This document shows, in pieces, positions 10,773 through 20,600 of a DNA stretch of 38,711 nucleotides. The notes beneath the pieces were generated by a model, which was given only the letters and a program-made list of their open reading frames with translations, made no database searches and was not told the origin of the DNA. Positions within the stretch are counted from its first letter, which is position 1. Each line of letters opens with the position of its first letter. The stretch comes from Azolla caroliniana (Eukaryota; Plantae; Polypodiophyta): assembly GCA_043228905.1 (NCBI GenBank), contig JBHGNT010000293.1:1-38711 (forward strand), written 5' to 3'. The position numbers were made by a program, and so were the translations under genes.

Positions 10773-13700
10773 CTATCCCCCCTTTAAAACGACGAGTTTC
10801 ACGAGTCGTTTTGGATTGAGGACCCGGTTTCTCGGGATATCGTCGATGGAAGTCTTCTAGAAGAGCACGAGCATTGGTCACATTCTCGATCGGTTCCCAA
10901 GTACGCTCGCTGGGACTATATCCTAGCCAATCAACTAGATAGTAGAGCTTGTTGCGAACAATCTTGGAATCGAGGATGGCAGCGACCTCATACTCAGGTC
11001 CATCTTCGAGCTCGATAGGAGGTGGAGGTTGTATAGTACGTCCTGGGATAGTGCTCTCGTGATAGGGTTCAAGGAGAGAACTATGAAACACCGGATGTAT
11101 TCGAAGTTGCGGAGGTAGCTCGAGACGAAAAGCGACACCATTAATCTTCCCGATAATACGGAAAGGACCTAATTGCCGATAATCCAACTTCTCACATGGG
11201 CGAGTAGTCTTGATGTGTCGTCGTAGCAGCCACACCCGATCTCCAATGTTAAAACTGGATGGATGTCGATGACGATCTGCGTAGTCCTTGTGTGATTGTT
11301 GAGCTTGCTGGAGTTGAGTAGATAAATCCGCTTGTATCTTGCGTAACCGCTCCAAACGATCCTCCGCGCAAGGATTTGTGGACACTTCTGGGGTTTCAAG
11401 GACACACCACCGGGGATGATATCCCGTATAAGCGTAGAATGGCGTGACTTTAGTCGATGCGTGGATAGCGTTATTATAGGCAAATTCGGCGAACTGAAGA
11501 ATATCTGCCCAGTCATTCTGATGATAGTTGAGAAAGCACCGCAGATACTGCTCCAGTGTTTGATTTGTTCGTTCGGCTTGACCGTCGGTTTGTGGGTGGT
11601 AGCCGGAGGAGAGGTTACAAGTGACCTTCAGCATTTTAAAAAGGTGCTTCCAGAATTTTGACACAAACTGGGGTCCACGATCGCTGATGATATTATCAGG
11701 GAGACCATGATGCCGACATACTTCCCGCATGACAATTTCGGCGGTGTCTTCACTAGATATTTCTTTAGTACATGGTAAGAAATGAGCCATCTTCGTATAT
11801 CGATCCACCACTGTGAGAATCGCACTGAATCCCTTAGAGACTGGAAGATCTGTAATGAAGTCAAGAGCAATGGATTGCCATGGCTTGCTTGGAATTGGTA
11901 ATGGTTCTAATAAACCATATGGATGATGTCTTGGCATTTTCGCTCTGCAGCATGTATCGCAAGTCCGAACAAAATCTTCGACAAATTGTCGCATACGGGG
12001 CCACCAGAATGATCGTTGTACTAAATCTAATGTTTTAGTACTACCAAAATGTCCTGCTGTATATGTGTCATGGCAGTTTTGTACTACTCGAAGGTGGCAA
12101 GAACCATTAGGAACATACAAAAGTTCTTTAAAGAAGAGTAATCCATCACAGTATTCGAATTGCCGATAATCCGTACCTGGTGATTGTGATTGTGAACATG
12201 ACGCTCGAGAGGGGTCAATTTGTGCTAGTATAGCTTGGGCGAAAGCGTCAGTCTTCAAGTCCTCACGTATAGTATTGGTAATGTCGGAATCCACGGGCAT
12301 GTCAAAGACCTGTGCTGCTTGCAGTCGTGCTGGACCCAAGATTACTTGCTTCTGGTTATCGAAAGCTGGCTCACCGGGACGTGGTGTTAGATACGAACGC
12401 CGTGATAATGCATCTGCCTTCCCTTGGTGCTTCCCCGGACGATATGTAATTTTGAAGTCGAAGCGTGTGAGGAAGTGGGCCCACCGAGCTTGACGTCGAT
12501 TCAGTACACGAGCATCTTGAAAGTAGGCAAGGTTCTTGTGGTCACTGAATACAGTGACCTGATGAGGAGATCCCTCCAGGAAATGCCTCCATTGCATAAA
12601 AGAATCAACTATTGCTAATAGCTCTTTATCATGAATTTCGTAGTTGATTTCGGCGGCGTCAAACTTACGGGAGTGGAAAGCCACAGGATGTAGCTTCTCG
12701 TCGTTACCCTGTTGTGACAGAATGCTCCCCAATGCGAAATCCGATGCGTCAGCTTCGATAATGAATGGTTTTTCCGGATCCACATGACCTAAAATTGGAG
12801 CTGATGTAAACGCCTTCTTAAGACTCTCGAAAGCCATGTCCGTCTCTTTAGACCAAATGAATGATTGTCCCTTCCTGGTGAGCTGTGTGAGAGGCAGCAC
12901 AATTTTTGAGTAATTTTGTATGAACTTCCGGTAAAAATTTGCAAAGCCTAGGAAGCATTGCACATCCCGCACCGAACGCGGAGTGTGCCATACTATCACC
13001 GTTTTGACCTTGGCTGGGTCCATAGATATGTTTTCTGAGGAGATGACATAGCCGAGAAACTCCACTTGGTTGCTCCCGAAACTACATTTCTCTAACTTTG
13101 CATACAGACCATGTTCTCGAAGTCGTTTTAGTACTAATAGTACATGAGAATCATGTTCTTCTTGGGTCTTTGAATAAACCAGTAGATCATCCAAATAGAT
13201 GATCAAAAAATCATCCAAGAGATCTCGAAATATATCATTCGCCATGTGCTGGAAGACTGCCGGCGCATTAGTGAGTCCGAACGGCATGACCGTATACTCG
13301 AAGTGCCCATATCTGGTGCGAAACACGGTCTTCCATTCATCTCCTGGTCGGATCCGTACGAGGTTATAGGCTCCTCGTAAGTCGATCTTCGTGAAGAACC
13401 TGGCACCGTTGATCCGTTCTAAAAGACTTGAGATAAGGGGAAGAGCATACCTATTTCTTACTGTGACCTTATTCAAGCCACGGTAATCTACAACGAGTCG
13501 AAGCGAGCCATCTTTTTTCTTGACGAAGAAAATGGGTGCGCCGGCTGGAGATTTCGAATGCCGAATGAAACCGTTCTCCAAATTCTCCTCTATATAGGCT
13601 CGAAGGACTTCTAGCTCGGTTGGTGACAAATTGTAGATCGGCCCCCATGGCGGCTCTTTTCCCGGTTGTAAGTCGATGGCGCAGTCGTACGGCCGATGAT

Positions 13701-14361
13701 GAGGAAGTGTGTTGGCTTGTACTTTATTGAACACATCAGCATACTGACGATACTTCTCGGGAAGTTGAACGGTGGACTCCTCTTTGGTGGTGCTGGAGGG
13801 TTGTACTGATATTGCGAAGAGAAACATTTCCTCCTTGCGCCCTTCCTCACGCAACTGACGTAGCGAAATGGTTGCAACCTTCTGGGTAGATCCTTGGGTT
13901 TGTCGCAACCGGATTTCCCTTGTCCTCCAATCTATGTCTGGGTCATGTAACTCGAACCATGGTAATCCTAAAACTATGGGATGTTCTGGAATACTAATAA
14001 TATTAAATGATACTACACATGTTAAGTTATCTAGGACAATATTAACGGGTTCCGACTCTTCTATGATATTACCAGAAGCAATGGGACGACCATCAATGAC
14101 TACTACTGAGGCCGGACATGGGAGCTTTCTGAGAGATATCTGATGAGCTCGGGCAAAATTCCTATCCATGAAGCAAGAATTAGCTCCGGAATCTAGAAGG
14201 GCTAAGGTATGTACTGGAGAGGTACTTTTAGTACTAACTGCTACTTGGGCTACGAACACATCACTAACTTGCTTAGAGGGAATGGAACCACTAATGGGCT
14301 GCACAGATCTAGGGCTGTCCAACCAAACGGCTCCTATTTTGGCTGGACTTAGTCGTTTAAC
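10765..14361 (-). CDS. pol: Gypsy Pol: aspartic protease, RT, RNase H, integrase, chromodomain (probably expressed as a Gag-Pol fusion by -1 frameshift)
   Basis: LLDSGA; LRLVVDYRGLN; MPFGLTNAPA; YLDD; EADASD..YEIHDKELLAI; H-H-C-C zinc motif; LDF / SDRG / QAER (DDE); LGPF; YEVAAILDSKIVRNKLYYLVDWLGYSPSERTWEP. No ATG at the ORF start (the track start is TTG), and the frame is open upstream into the gag end. Confidence 0.96.
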   Translation of the reverse strand, partial: VKRLSPAKIGAVWLDSPRSVQPISGSIPSKQVSDVFVAQVAVSTKSTSPVHTLALLDSGANSCFMDRNFARAHQISLRKLPCPASVVVIDGRPIASGNIIEESEPVNIVLDNLTCVVSFNIISIPEHPIVLGLPWFELHDPDIDWRTREIRLRQTQGSTQKVATISLRQLREEGRKEEMFLFAISVQPSSTTKEESTVQLPEKYRQYADVFNKVQANTLPHHRPYDCAIDLQPGKEPPWGPIYNLSPTELEVLRAYIEENLENGFIRHSKSPAGAPIFFVKKKDGSLRLVVDYRGLNKVTVRNRYALPLISSLLERINGARFFTKIDLRGAYNLVRIRPGDEWKTVFRTRYGHFEYTVMPFGLTNAPAVFQHMANDIFRDLLDDFLIIYLDDLLVYSKTQEEHDSHVLLVLKRLREHGLYAKLEKCSFGSNQVEFLGYVISSENISMDPAKVKTVIVWHTPRSVRDVQCFLGFANFYRKFIQNYSKIVLPLTQLTRKGQSFIWSKETDMAFESLKKAFTSAPILGHVDPEKPFIIEADASDFALGSILSQQGNDEKLHPVAFHSRKFDAAEINYEIHDKELLAIVDSFMQWRHFLEGSPHQVTVFSDHKNLAYFQDARVLNRRQARWAHFLTRFDFKITYRPGKHQGKADALSRRSYLTPRPGEPAFDNQKQVILGPARLQAAQVFDMPVDSDITNTIREDLKTDAFAQAILAQIDPSRASCSQSQSPGTDYRQFEYCDGLLFFKELLYVPNGSCHLRVVQNCHDTYTAGHFGSTKTLDLVQRSFWWPRMRQFVEDFVRTCDTCCRAKMPRHHPYGLLEPLPIPSKPWQSIALDFITDLPVSKGFSAILTVVDRYTKMAHFLPCTKEISSEDTAEIVMREVCRHHGLPDNIISDRGPQFVSKFWKHLFKMLKVTCNLSSGYHPQTDGQAERTNQTLEQYLRCFLNYHQNDWADILQFAEFAYNNAIHASTKVTPFYAYTGYHPRWCVLETPEVSTNPCAEDRLERLRKIQADLSTQLQQAQQSHKDYADRHRHPSSFNIGDRVWLLRRHIKTTRPCEKLDYRQLGPFRIIGKINGVAFRLELPPQLRIHPVFHSSLLEPYHESTIPGRTIQPPPPIELEDGPEYEVAAILDSKIVRNKLYYLVDWLGYSPSERTWEPIENVTNARALLEDFHRRYPEKPGPQSKTTRETRRFKGGIVS
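10773..10785 (-). promoter_or_regulatory. Polypurine tract
   Basis: Minus strand AAAGGGGGGATAG immediately precedes the 3' LTR. Confidence 0.88.
14310..14361 (-). promoter_or_regulatory. Predicted -1 programmed ribosomal frameshift signal
   Basis: G_TTA_AAC in the gag frame (14355-14361), 6-nt spacer, then an 11-bp stem GTCCAGCCAAA/TTTGGTTGGAC. pol lies in the -1 frame. Confidence 0.8.
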
Positions 14362-15518
14362 TCTTCTTCTAATTGGCTAAGGACATCAAATTTGTTTGCG
14401 AGATTCGGACTATTAGTACTATTAGGACTATTATGACTATGAGGATTATCAGAGATTCCTACAGAAATAGACTCGGGTTTAGTATAGTCAGAACTAACAA
14501 TGACTTGGTTTACCTGCCTTCTTGGTCTATGGGGACAGTTTATCGCGATATGCCCTGGTCCACCGCAATAAAGGCATAATCGGTTTGTTCGGCGTCGTTG
14601 CTTTTCCTCCTCCGATAGCGGCCCACGACGACGTGTAGTGTCAATTTCCATTGGAGTTGGAGTACTTACTGGAGGCGCATTATGTGACTCCCTTTGAAAA
14701 GGTTTCGCTACCACTGAGGCATAGGTAGGCTCGGATCTTGCCCTCGGCATCTGAAATTGTCGTTCCGAACGTCGCTCGAAGAGGCGGTTGTCACATCTGA
14801 CCGCTCGACTGATTGCTTCTGTTAATGATTTTGGCTCTTCAGGGAAAGTCAAGAGTAAATCCTTGACATCGTTGCGTAGACCATAGCGGAACTGCTCCAT
14901 CAATGCTTGATCATCCCAGGGGATATCGGCGGCGAGTAGGCGGAAATCTGCAGCATATGCGGAGGCTGGACGGTCACCTTGGCGTAATCGCCGGATTTTG
15001 TTGATTGCAGTCCTTATGCTGTCAGTATCTCCAAAACATGCTTTAAACTCACTTATGAATTCTTCAAAATTATTTAGTACTGGAGATTCCTTTTCTAGTA
15101 GCGGAGCGAACCATGCTAATGCTGAGCCATTTAACAACGTGCCTACTAAACCCACTTGTGATGCATCGGTGGGATATCGGGACGGATGCATTTGAATAAC
15201 TAACCGTACCTGGTTAAGAAACCCTCTAAACTGCGATCGCGTTCCATCGAACTTCGTGGGAAGGCCAATCTTGGGTTCTTTATGAATCCCTTGTGCTCCG
15301 TGCCCTTGTTGTTGCATTGCTACGATGGTTGCTTCGAGTTGTTGCACGCGTAACGCAAGTTCCCCATGCTGTTGTTGCGTTTGCTGCTTTTCTAAGGAAA
15401 TTTGCTGAAGATCCCCCAACAAGCGTTGATTTTCTTGTTCCAAAGCATGAAACTTCTCTTTCAAGCATTGAAATTCCGAGAAAACGGATTGATACTCTTC
15501 AGCGCTAACGGTGGCCAT
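14349..15518 (-). CDS. gag: Gypsy Gag (389 aa; N-terminal coiled coil, capsid, CCHC zinc knuckle)
   Basis: KFDGTRSQFRGFLNQ, LLNGSALAWF, LRQGDRPASAYAADFR, FRYGL, PMEID, CLYCGGPGHIAINC; sushi/PEG10-like Gag signature. Confidence 0.95.
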   Translation of the reverse strand: MATVSAEEYQSVFSEFQCLKEKFHALEQENQRLLGDLQQISLEKQQTQQQHGELALRVQQLEATIVAMQQQGHGAQGIHKEPKIGLPTKFDGTRSQFRGFLNQVRLVIQMHPSRYPTDASQVGLVGTLLNGSALAWFAPLLEKESPVLNNFEEFISEFKACFGDTDSIRTAINKIRRLRQGDRPASAYAADFRLLAADIPWDDQALMEQFRYGLRNDVKDLLLTFPEEPKSLTEAISRAVRCDNRLFERRSERQFQMPRARSEPTYASVVAKPFQRESHNAPPVSTPTPMEIDTTRRRGPLSEEEKQRRRTNRLCLYCGGPGHIAINCPHRPRRQVNQVIVSSDYTKPESISVGISDNPHSHNSPNSTNSPNLANKFDVLSQLEEELND

Positions 15519-15592
15519 GGGATGAAGGAAAAGGGAAATAAGAGACTAGTAGGAAAGGAGGGAGACAGAAGGAAGAGGGAGACTAGTAGACG

Positions 15593-15604
15593 AAATCGGT
15601 TCAA
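15593..15604 (-). promoter_or_regulatory. Non-tRNA (self-priming type) primer-binding site
   Basis: TTGAACCGATTT lies 2 nt inside the 5' LTR boundary, has no TGG start, and is exactly complementary to LTR minus-strand AAATCGGTTCAA at 15873-15884. Confidence 0.8.
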
Positions 15605-15606
15605 AC

Positions 15607-15743
15607 TGTCAGGAACTCTATTAAGGCAGAGAAGGAATTAGTACTAAAAGAAGGATTAGTACTATTGTTGGGGAATAGTACTAAGACAGAGAAGGATTAG
15701 TACTATGAGAGGTGTCGAACTTTGAGAGAAGGAATGAGTGAGT

Positions 15744-15803
<60 letters not shown>

Positions 15804-16093
15804 TGATGCGAAAGATATATGTATTATATGACGGAAGATATACAACAGTAGTTAGAAGGCTTAAGACTGGCGTTGAACCGATTTGGTTCGAACTAATGCC
15901 TTGCGCCTCCTTTTATAGTGTCTTCAGGAATACTCCTGAAGTTTCTAGAATGTTCCAGAGAAATCTGGAATATACATCAATTTCCCAATAAAACCTAAAT
16001 GAAAATAATATCCTTCAAATTACAATTCATAACCTAATGGTAAAGTCTCGACCCGTGTAACAAAAGGTTATGGGTTCGAGTCTAGTTATGACA
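15607..16093 (-). repeat. 5' LTR of chromovirus (487 bp)
   Basis: Direct repeat of 10290-10772. Minus-strand TATAAAA at 15911-15917 and a (TC)n tract in R/U5. Confidence 0.97.
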
Positions 16094-16918
16094 CCATCAA
16101 ACCATTTAAACCATGGTTTCAAAAATTTTAAACTGAAAGCGAATTATTAAGAAAAACTTGAACTTGAACTTAACTGAACCGAATTGTTAAGTGTTAAGCT
16201 GCAGTTTCGTGGTTTGGTTTGGTTCAAACCAAACCGTTGTTGATTGTTAAGTTAGACCGTAGATGGAGGAAGAATGACACAATCTAGAATAGATATAGAG
16301 GCATTGGGCTCCAAAAAAGATACATATAACACTAGGCCGAGAAACATATGTGAGGGGAGATCTAAACAAAAGGCAATGCCATTGATCAACCATAAAAATC
16401 ATAAACGGAGCACGACATTAATAATCAAACTTATTTCATGGCCAAGTGATCTTCACTTGGTCTATTGGCCTTTATGTTACATTTTGGTAGCAACACACAC
16501 AATACCCAATGCAAAAGTTAGGTCTTAATGGAATCAAGGCCATGAAATTTTTGGGTAGACACTTGAATTTCATGCAAATGGTGAGAAATCTTTGTTTGAA
16601 GATTTTCAACAACCCGACTATTCCGCAAGGAACAAAAGCAATGTACGATAAGGTGAATTCAAAGGCCTAGGGTTAGATAAACTATATGAGTGGAACATTC
16701 CTACCGAGTTTTAGTTAGCTTGCCAAAGGGCATATTGAGGTGCCACAAGGCCCACAAAAAACAAAAAATCCAATCTCTCACAACAAGCATTTGACTAAAT
16801 CAATGGGGATGAGACAAAACTATTTTTACCCATAAGACAAGTATTCAATTGGAGAGGCAACTCCACCTTGAGCAATAAGGTTTAGAGGATATCCTAATTC
16901 CTAACCAATAGAGGATAC

Positions 16919-17308
16919 TGTTGGGATTACGGTCCCTCCGGATGGGATGGTCGGATGTCCGGGAATCGGGAATGAAGACCCGAATGAAGAGTACCCGGTA
17001 TCGGAGCCGGATGATGAAGACCCGGTTCAGGAGCCGAATGATGAAGACCCGGTTCCGGATCCGGATGATGAAGACCCCGGCTACGGAGCCGGATGATGAA
17101 GACCCCGGCTACGGAGCCGGATGACGAATGTACCCAGAGAGAGATCCGGATGCGGGGACATATTTGTGAATATGTTTTCCAAGAGCCCTTTGAGGCTATA
17201 TTTGTAAATAGCCCGAAAGTCATATGTGTATAAATATGACTTAGGGCAAACTGTTTTGTGTTGTTGCTCATCTTTCTGTTTTCCACTTAGAGGGAGCTAA
17301 GTGAGCAG

Positions 17309-17357
<49 letters not shown>

Positions 17358-17620
17358 GAAGAGGTCGTTGCCTCTGTGTATTACCACCGCCTGTGGCGAA
17401 GACAGTGAGCTCAAGGTTGTTGCCTTGTAGCTTCACCATTGTACATCTCTGTTTATAGTGATAGTTGGAGTTTGAGGACTCCCGTGGTTTTTCCCACTTA
17501 GGGTTTTCCACGTAAAACATCCTGTGTACTCTTCTCTCTATTGTCTTCGTGCATTTGGTATTTCCCGTTTTCTGTGAGTAAATCCTATTCCTCGGTTGTG
17601 GCCGAGCACTGTGTTTAACA
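16919..17620 (+). repeat. 5' LTR of copia (702 bp)
   Basis: TGTTGGGA...TTTAACA, with 27-28-bp tandem repeats in U3, TATAAATA near 17229 and (GA)23. Confidence 0.96.
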
Positions 17621-17623
17621 AAG

Positions 17624-17635
17624 TGGTATCAGAGC
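17624..17635 (+). promoter_or_regulatory. Primer-binding site, tRNA-iMet
   Basis: TGGTATCAGAGC 3 nt after the LTR. Confidence 0.95.
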
Positions 17636-17651
17636 GACGGTAATACAGAAA

Positions 17652-20600
17652 ATGGAAGGCGGCAGCAGCGGGCAGCCGGGGATGATGGTGCTGAATGCGC
17701 AGAACTACGCCAACTGGAAGATAAAGATGGAGGATCTGCTCATTGTTCGGGACCTGTATGAACCGATCGACAGGTCGGAAATACCCAAGGGGGTACTTGA
17801 GACGGAATGGAGGCTTCTGAACCGGAAAGCCGTTGCAACCATTCGGCAATACGTCGACGTGAGCGTTCTACAACACGTGGCGAACGACACCAACGCATAT
17901 GAGATGTGGCGGAAGCTGTCGGGCCTCTACGAGAGGAAGAATGCGTTGAACCGGACCTCCCTGATGAGGAAGATAGTGAACCTCAAGTACCGGGACGGCG
18001 AGAGTATGGTGGAACACGTAAGCACGTTCATGGGATTCGTGAACCAGCTTGCGGCGATCAAGTTCCCGTTGGAGGATGCAATGCAAGCCATCATCCTGAT
18101 GTGTACATTGCCGGAAAGCTGGGAGAACTTGGTGGTGACTCTCAGCACCTCCTGCACCGAAGATAACTTGTCCCTACAAACGGTAAAGACAAGTATTTTG
18201 AACGAAGAAGCGCATCGGAGAGATAAAGAACCGGCCTCCGACTCGAAGGCGCTGCTTACCGAATCGGAACGGGGAAGACAACGGAACCGGAGTCCGCAAA
18301 GACGGGAGAAGTCGGGGACCCGGTCGCAGTCAAGAGGAAGGCCCACATGCTTCCACTGTGGGAAGCCGGGGCACTTCCGGAAGAATTGTCGGCATTACCG
18401 AAAAGACAACGGAGCCGACGACACCGATTCGAAGAAGTCACCGGAGCGAAACGGTGCATACCGGGGAGCCACGGACCGGAGAGGTCCGGATCGGCGAGGG
18501 CAGGACCGGAAAGGAACGACGGCACTCGCGGCAAGTGAAGAAGAGATAATGCTCATTACCGAAGAGAGGGAGCTGAACCTTGCCGGTGAAGAGATGACCT
18601 GGGTGGTCGATTCCGGAGCGTCGTTCCACCTGACCCCGGAGAAGAAATACTTCTCATCCTACACAGCCGGTGAGCACGGCTGTGTCCGGATGGGAAATGA
18701 AGGTACATGCCGGATTGCCGGCATAGGAGACGTGTGGCTGATGACATCAACCGGATGCAAGATGCTGCTGAAGGATGTTCGACACGTTCCGGAGGTTCGA
18801 TTGAACCTGATTTCGGCCGGGAGGCTAGACGATGAAGGCTACACGGGTAGCATCCGGAACGGTGTCATGAAGTTCAGCAAAGGGAGCCTGATAGTGGCTC
18901 GGGCCCGGAAGATCAACACACTGTACCTGATGAATTCCCGGCTATGTCCGGAGGAGCTGAACGTGGCAGCTAACACTGCCGGTGAGCTGTGGCACAAGAG
19001 ACTGTGCCACATGAGCGAGAAGGGGATGAAGAGGCTTGCAGAAGACAACCTTATTCCGGTGAAGCATGTGCATCTGGAGAAGTGCACCGATTGCCTGGCC
19101 GGTAAGCAGAACCGAGCCTCCTTCCACTCAAGGCCACCGACGAGACGTAGCACACCATTGGAGTTGGTGCACACCGACGTGTGTCAAGTAGAAACGAAGT
19201 CACATGGCGGAGCCCAGTACTTCGTGACATTCATTGATGACCACAGCCGGAAGCTGTGGACGGCACCGTTGAAGACAAAGGACCAAGTGTTGTGCGTCTT
19301 CAAAGAACTCCACGCGAGAGTGGAAAGGGAATCCGGCAAGAAGCTGAAAGCGATACGAGCGGATAACGGAGGGGAATACCGGGGGCAGTTTACTGTGCCG
19401 AAGATACCGGGGAGTACTGTCGCTCAAAGGGAATCCGGCTCGAGTTTACTGTGCCAAAGACGCCGGAACTGAACGGGCTGGCCGAGAGGATGAACCGGAC
19501 CATAATGGAGAGGGTCCGGAGTATGCTGGCGCATGCGAAATTACCCAAGGGGTTTTGGGCTGAGGCAATGTCGACGGCGACATACGTGATAAACAGATCA
19601 CCCTCAGTACCTTTGGACGGAGACACGCCGCAGAGAGTGTGGACCGGTAGGGAAGTATCCTACCGGCATCTGAAGGTGTTCGGGTGTCTCGTATATGTGC
19701 ATGTGGCAAAGGACCGGAGAGGAAAGCTAGATCCAAAGACCCGGCCATGCATATTCCTCGGTTACGGCGACGACGAGTTCGGCTACCGAGTATGGGACCC
19801 GGTCGACAAGAAGATATTCAGGAGTCGTGATATCATCTTCATGGAGGACAAGACACTCGCCGACTGGGAGTCGGAGAAGAAGATGAAGAGCTCCAAGTCG
19901 ACCGGTGAGGATCAACTCTATGAGGAGCAGTCCCGACCGGCAAGGGACCGGTTAGCACTCGAGGATCCGGCCGAAGACGGTGAAGAAACAGAACCGGCCG
20001 AGGAAGATGAAACAGATACCGGAACCGGCCCCGATCCCGAAATGGTTTCGGATGAAGAGGAAACGGAAGAGCCGGTTACCGAAGCTCCGGAACGGAGATA
20101 TCCTCTAAGAGAGAGAAGGGCCCCCCGGAGATTTCCGGAACCAGAGCATGTGCTGCTAACCGACGAGGGGGAGCCGGAGAGCTTTGAAGAAGCAAAGCAT
20201 GACACCCAGAGCCGAAAGTGGTTGAGTGCCATGCAGGACGAGATGGATTCCCTGCATGAGAACCACACATATGAACTTGTGGAGTTGCCGAAAGGAAAAC
20301 GGGCACTTCGAAACAAGTGGGTGTTCAAGCTGAAACCGGGAGATGCCGGCAACCCCCCGAGATACAAAGCCAGGATCGTGGTGAAGGGGTTCCAGCAGAA
20401 GAAGGGCGTCGACTTCGACGAGATATTTGCCCCGGTAGTGAAGATGACCTCCATCCGGACGGTGCTGAGCATAGCGGCAAGCATGGACCTCGAGGTAGAA
20501 CAGATGGACGTGAAGACGGCATTCCTTCACGGTGACCTCGAAGAAGAGATCTACATGCAGCAACCGGAAGGATTCGAGAAGAAAGGGAAGGAGCACCTGG

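Larger units (their letters stand above)
10290..16093 (-). mobile_element. Full-length, apparently intact Ty3/gypsy chromovirus (Tcn1/Tf1-sushi-like)
   Basis: Two near-identical TG..CA LTRs, 5-bp TSD CCATC (10285-10289, 16094-16098), intact gag and pol in PR-RT-RH-IN-chromodomain order, and a PPT. Clade assignment is inference. Confidence 0.97.
9966..16249. mobile_element. hAT-type MITE split by the gypsy insertion (parts 9966-10289 and 16094-16249)
   Basis: Imperfect TIRs TAACAATTGGCAATAGTTCGGTTT / rc TAACAATCAACAACGGTTTGGTTT. Perfect 8-bp TSD AGTTAGAC (9958-9965, 16250-16257). AACCG repeats on both sides of the gypsy. Confidence 0.88.

Noticed and set aside
17010-17105. Repeated GATGATGA resembling snoRNA C boxes
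   Set aside because: Part of the LTR tandem unit; no paired CTGA D box or terminal stem.
16975-17125. Regular short repeats resembling a CRISPR array (also 21810-21985 and 5340-5545)
   Set aside because: Head-to-tail tandem units without unique spacers, inside LTRs or a MITE, in eukaryotic DNA with no cas genes.
19381-19472. Programmed frameshift between the two copia ORFs
   Set aside because: The break falls inside the integrase core, has no slippery site, and is explained by a short duplicated insertion.
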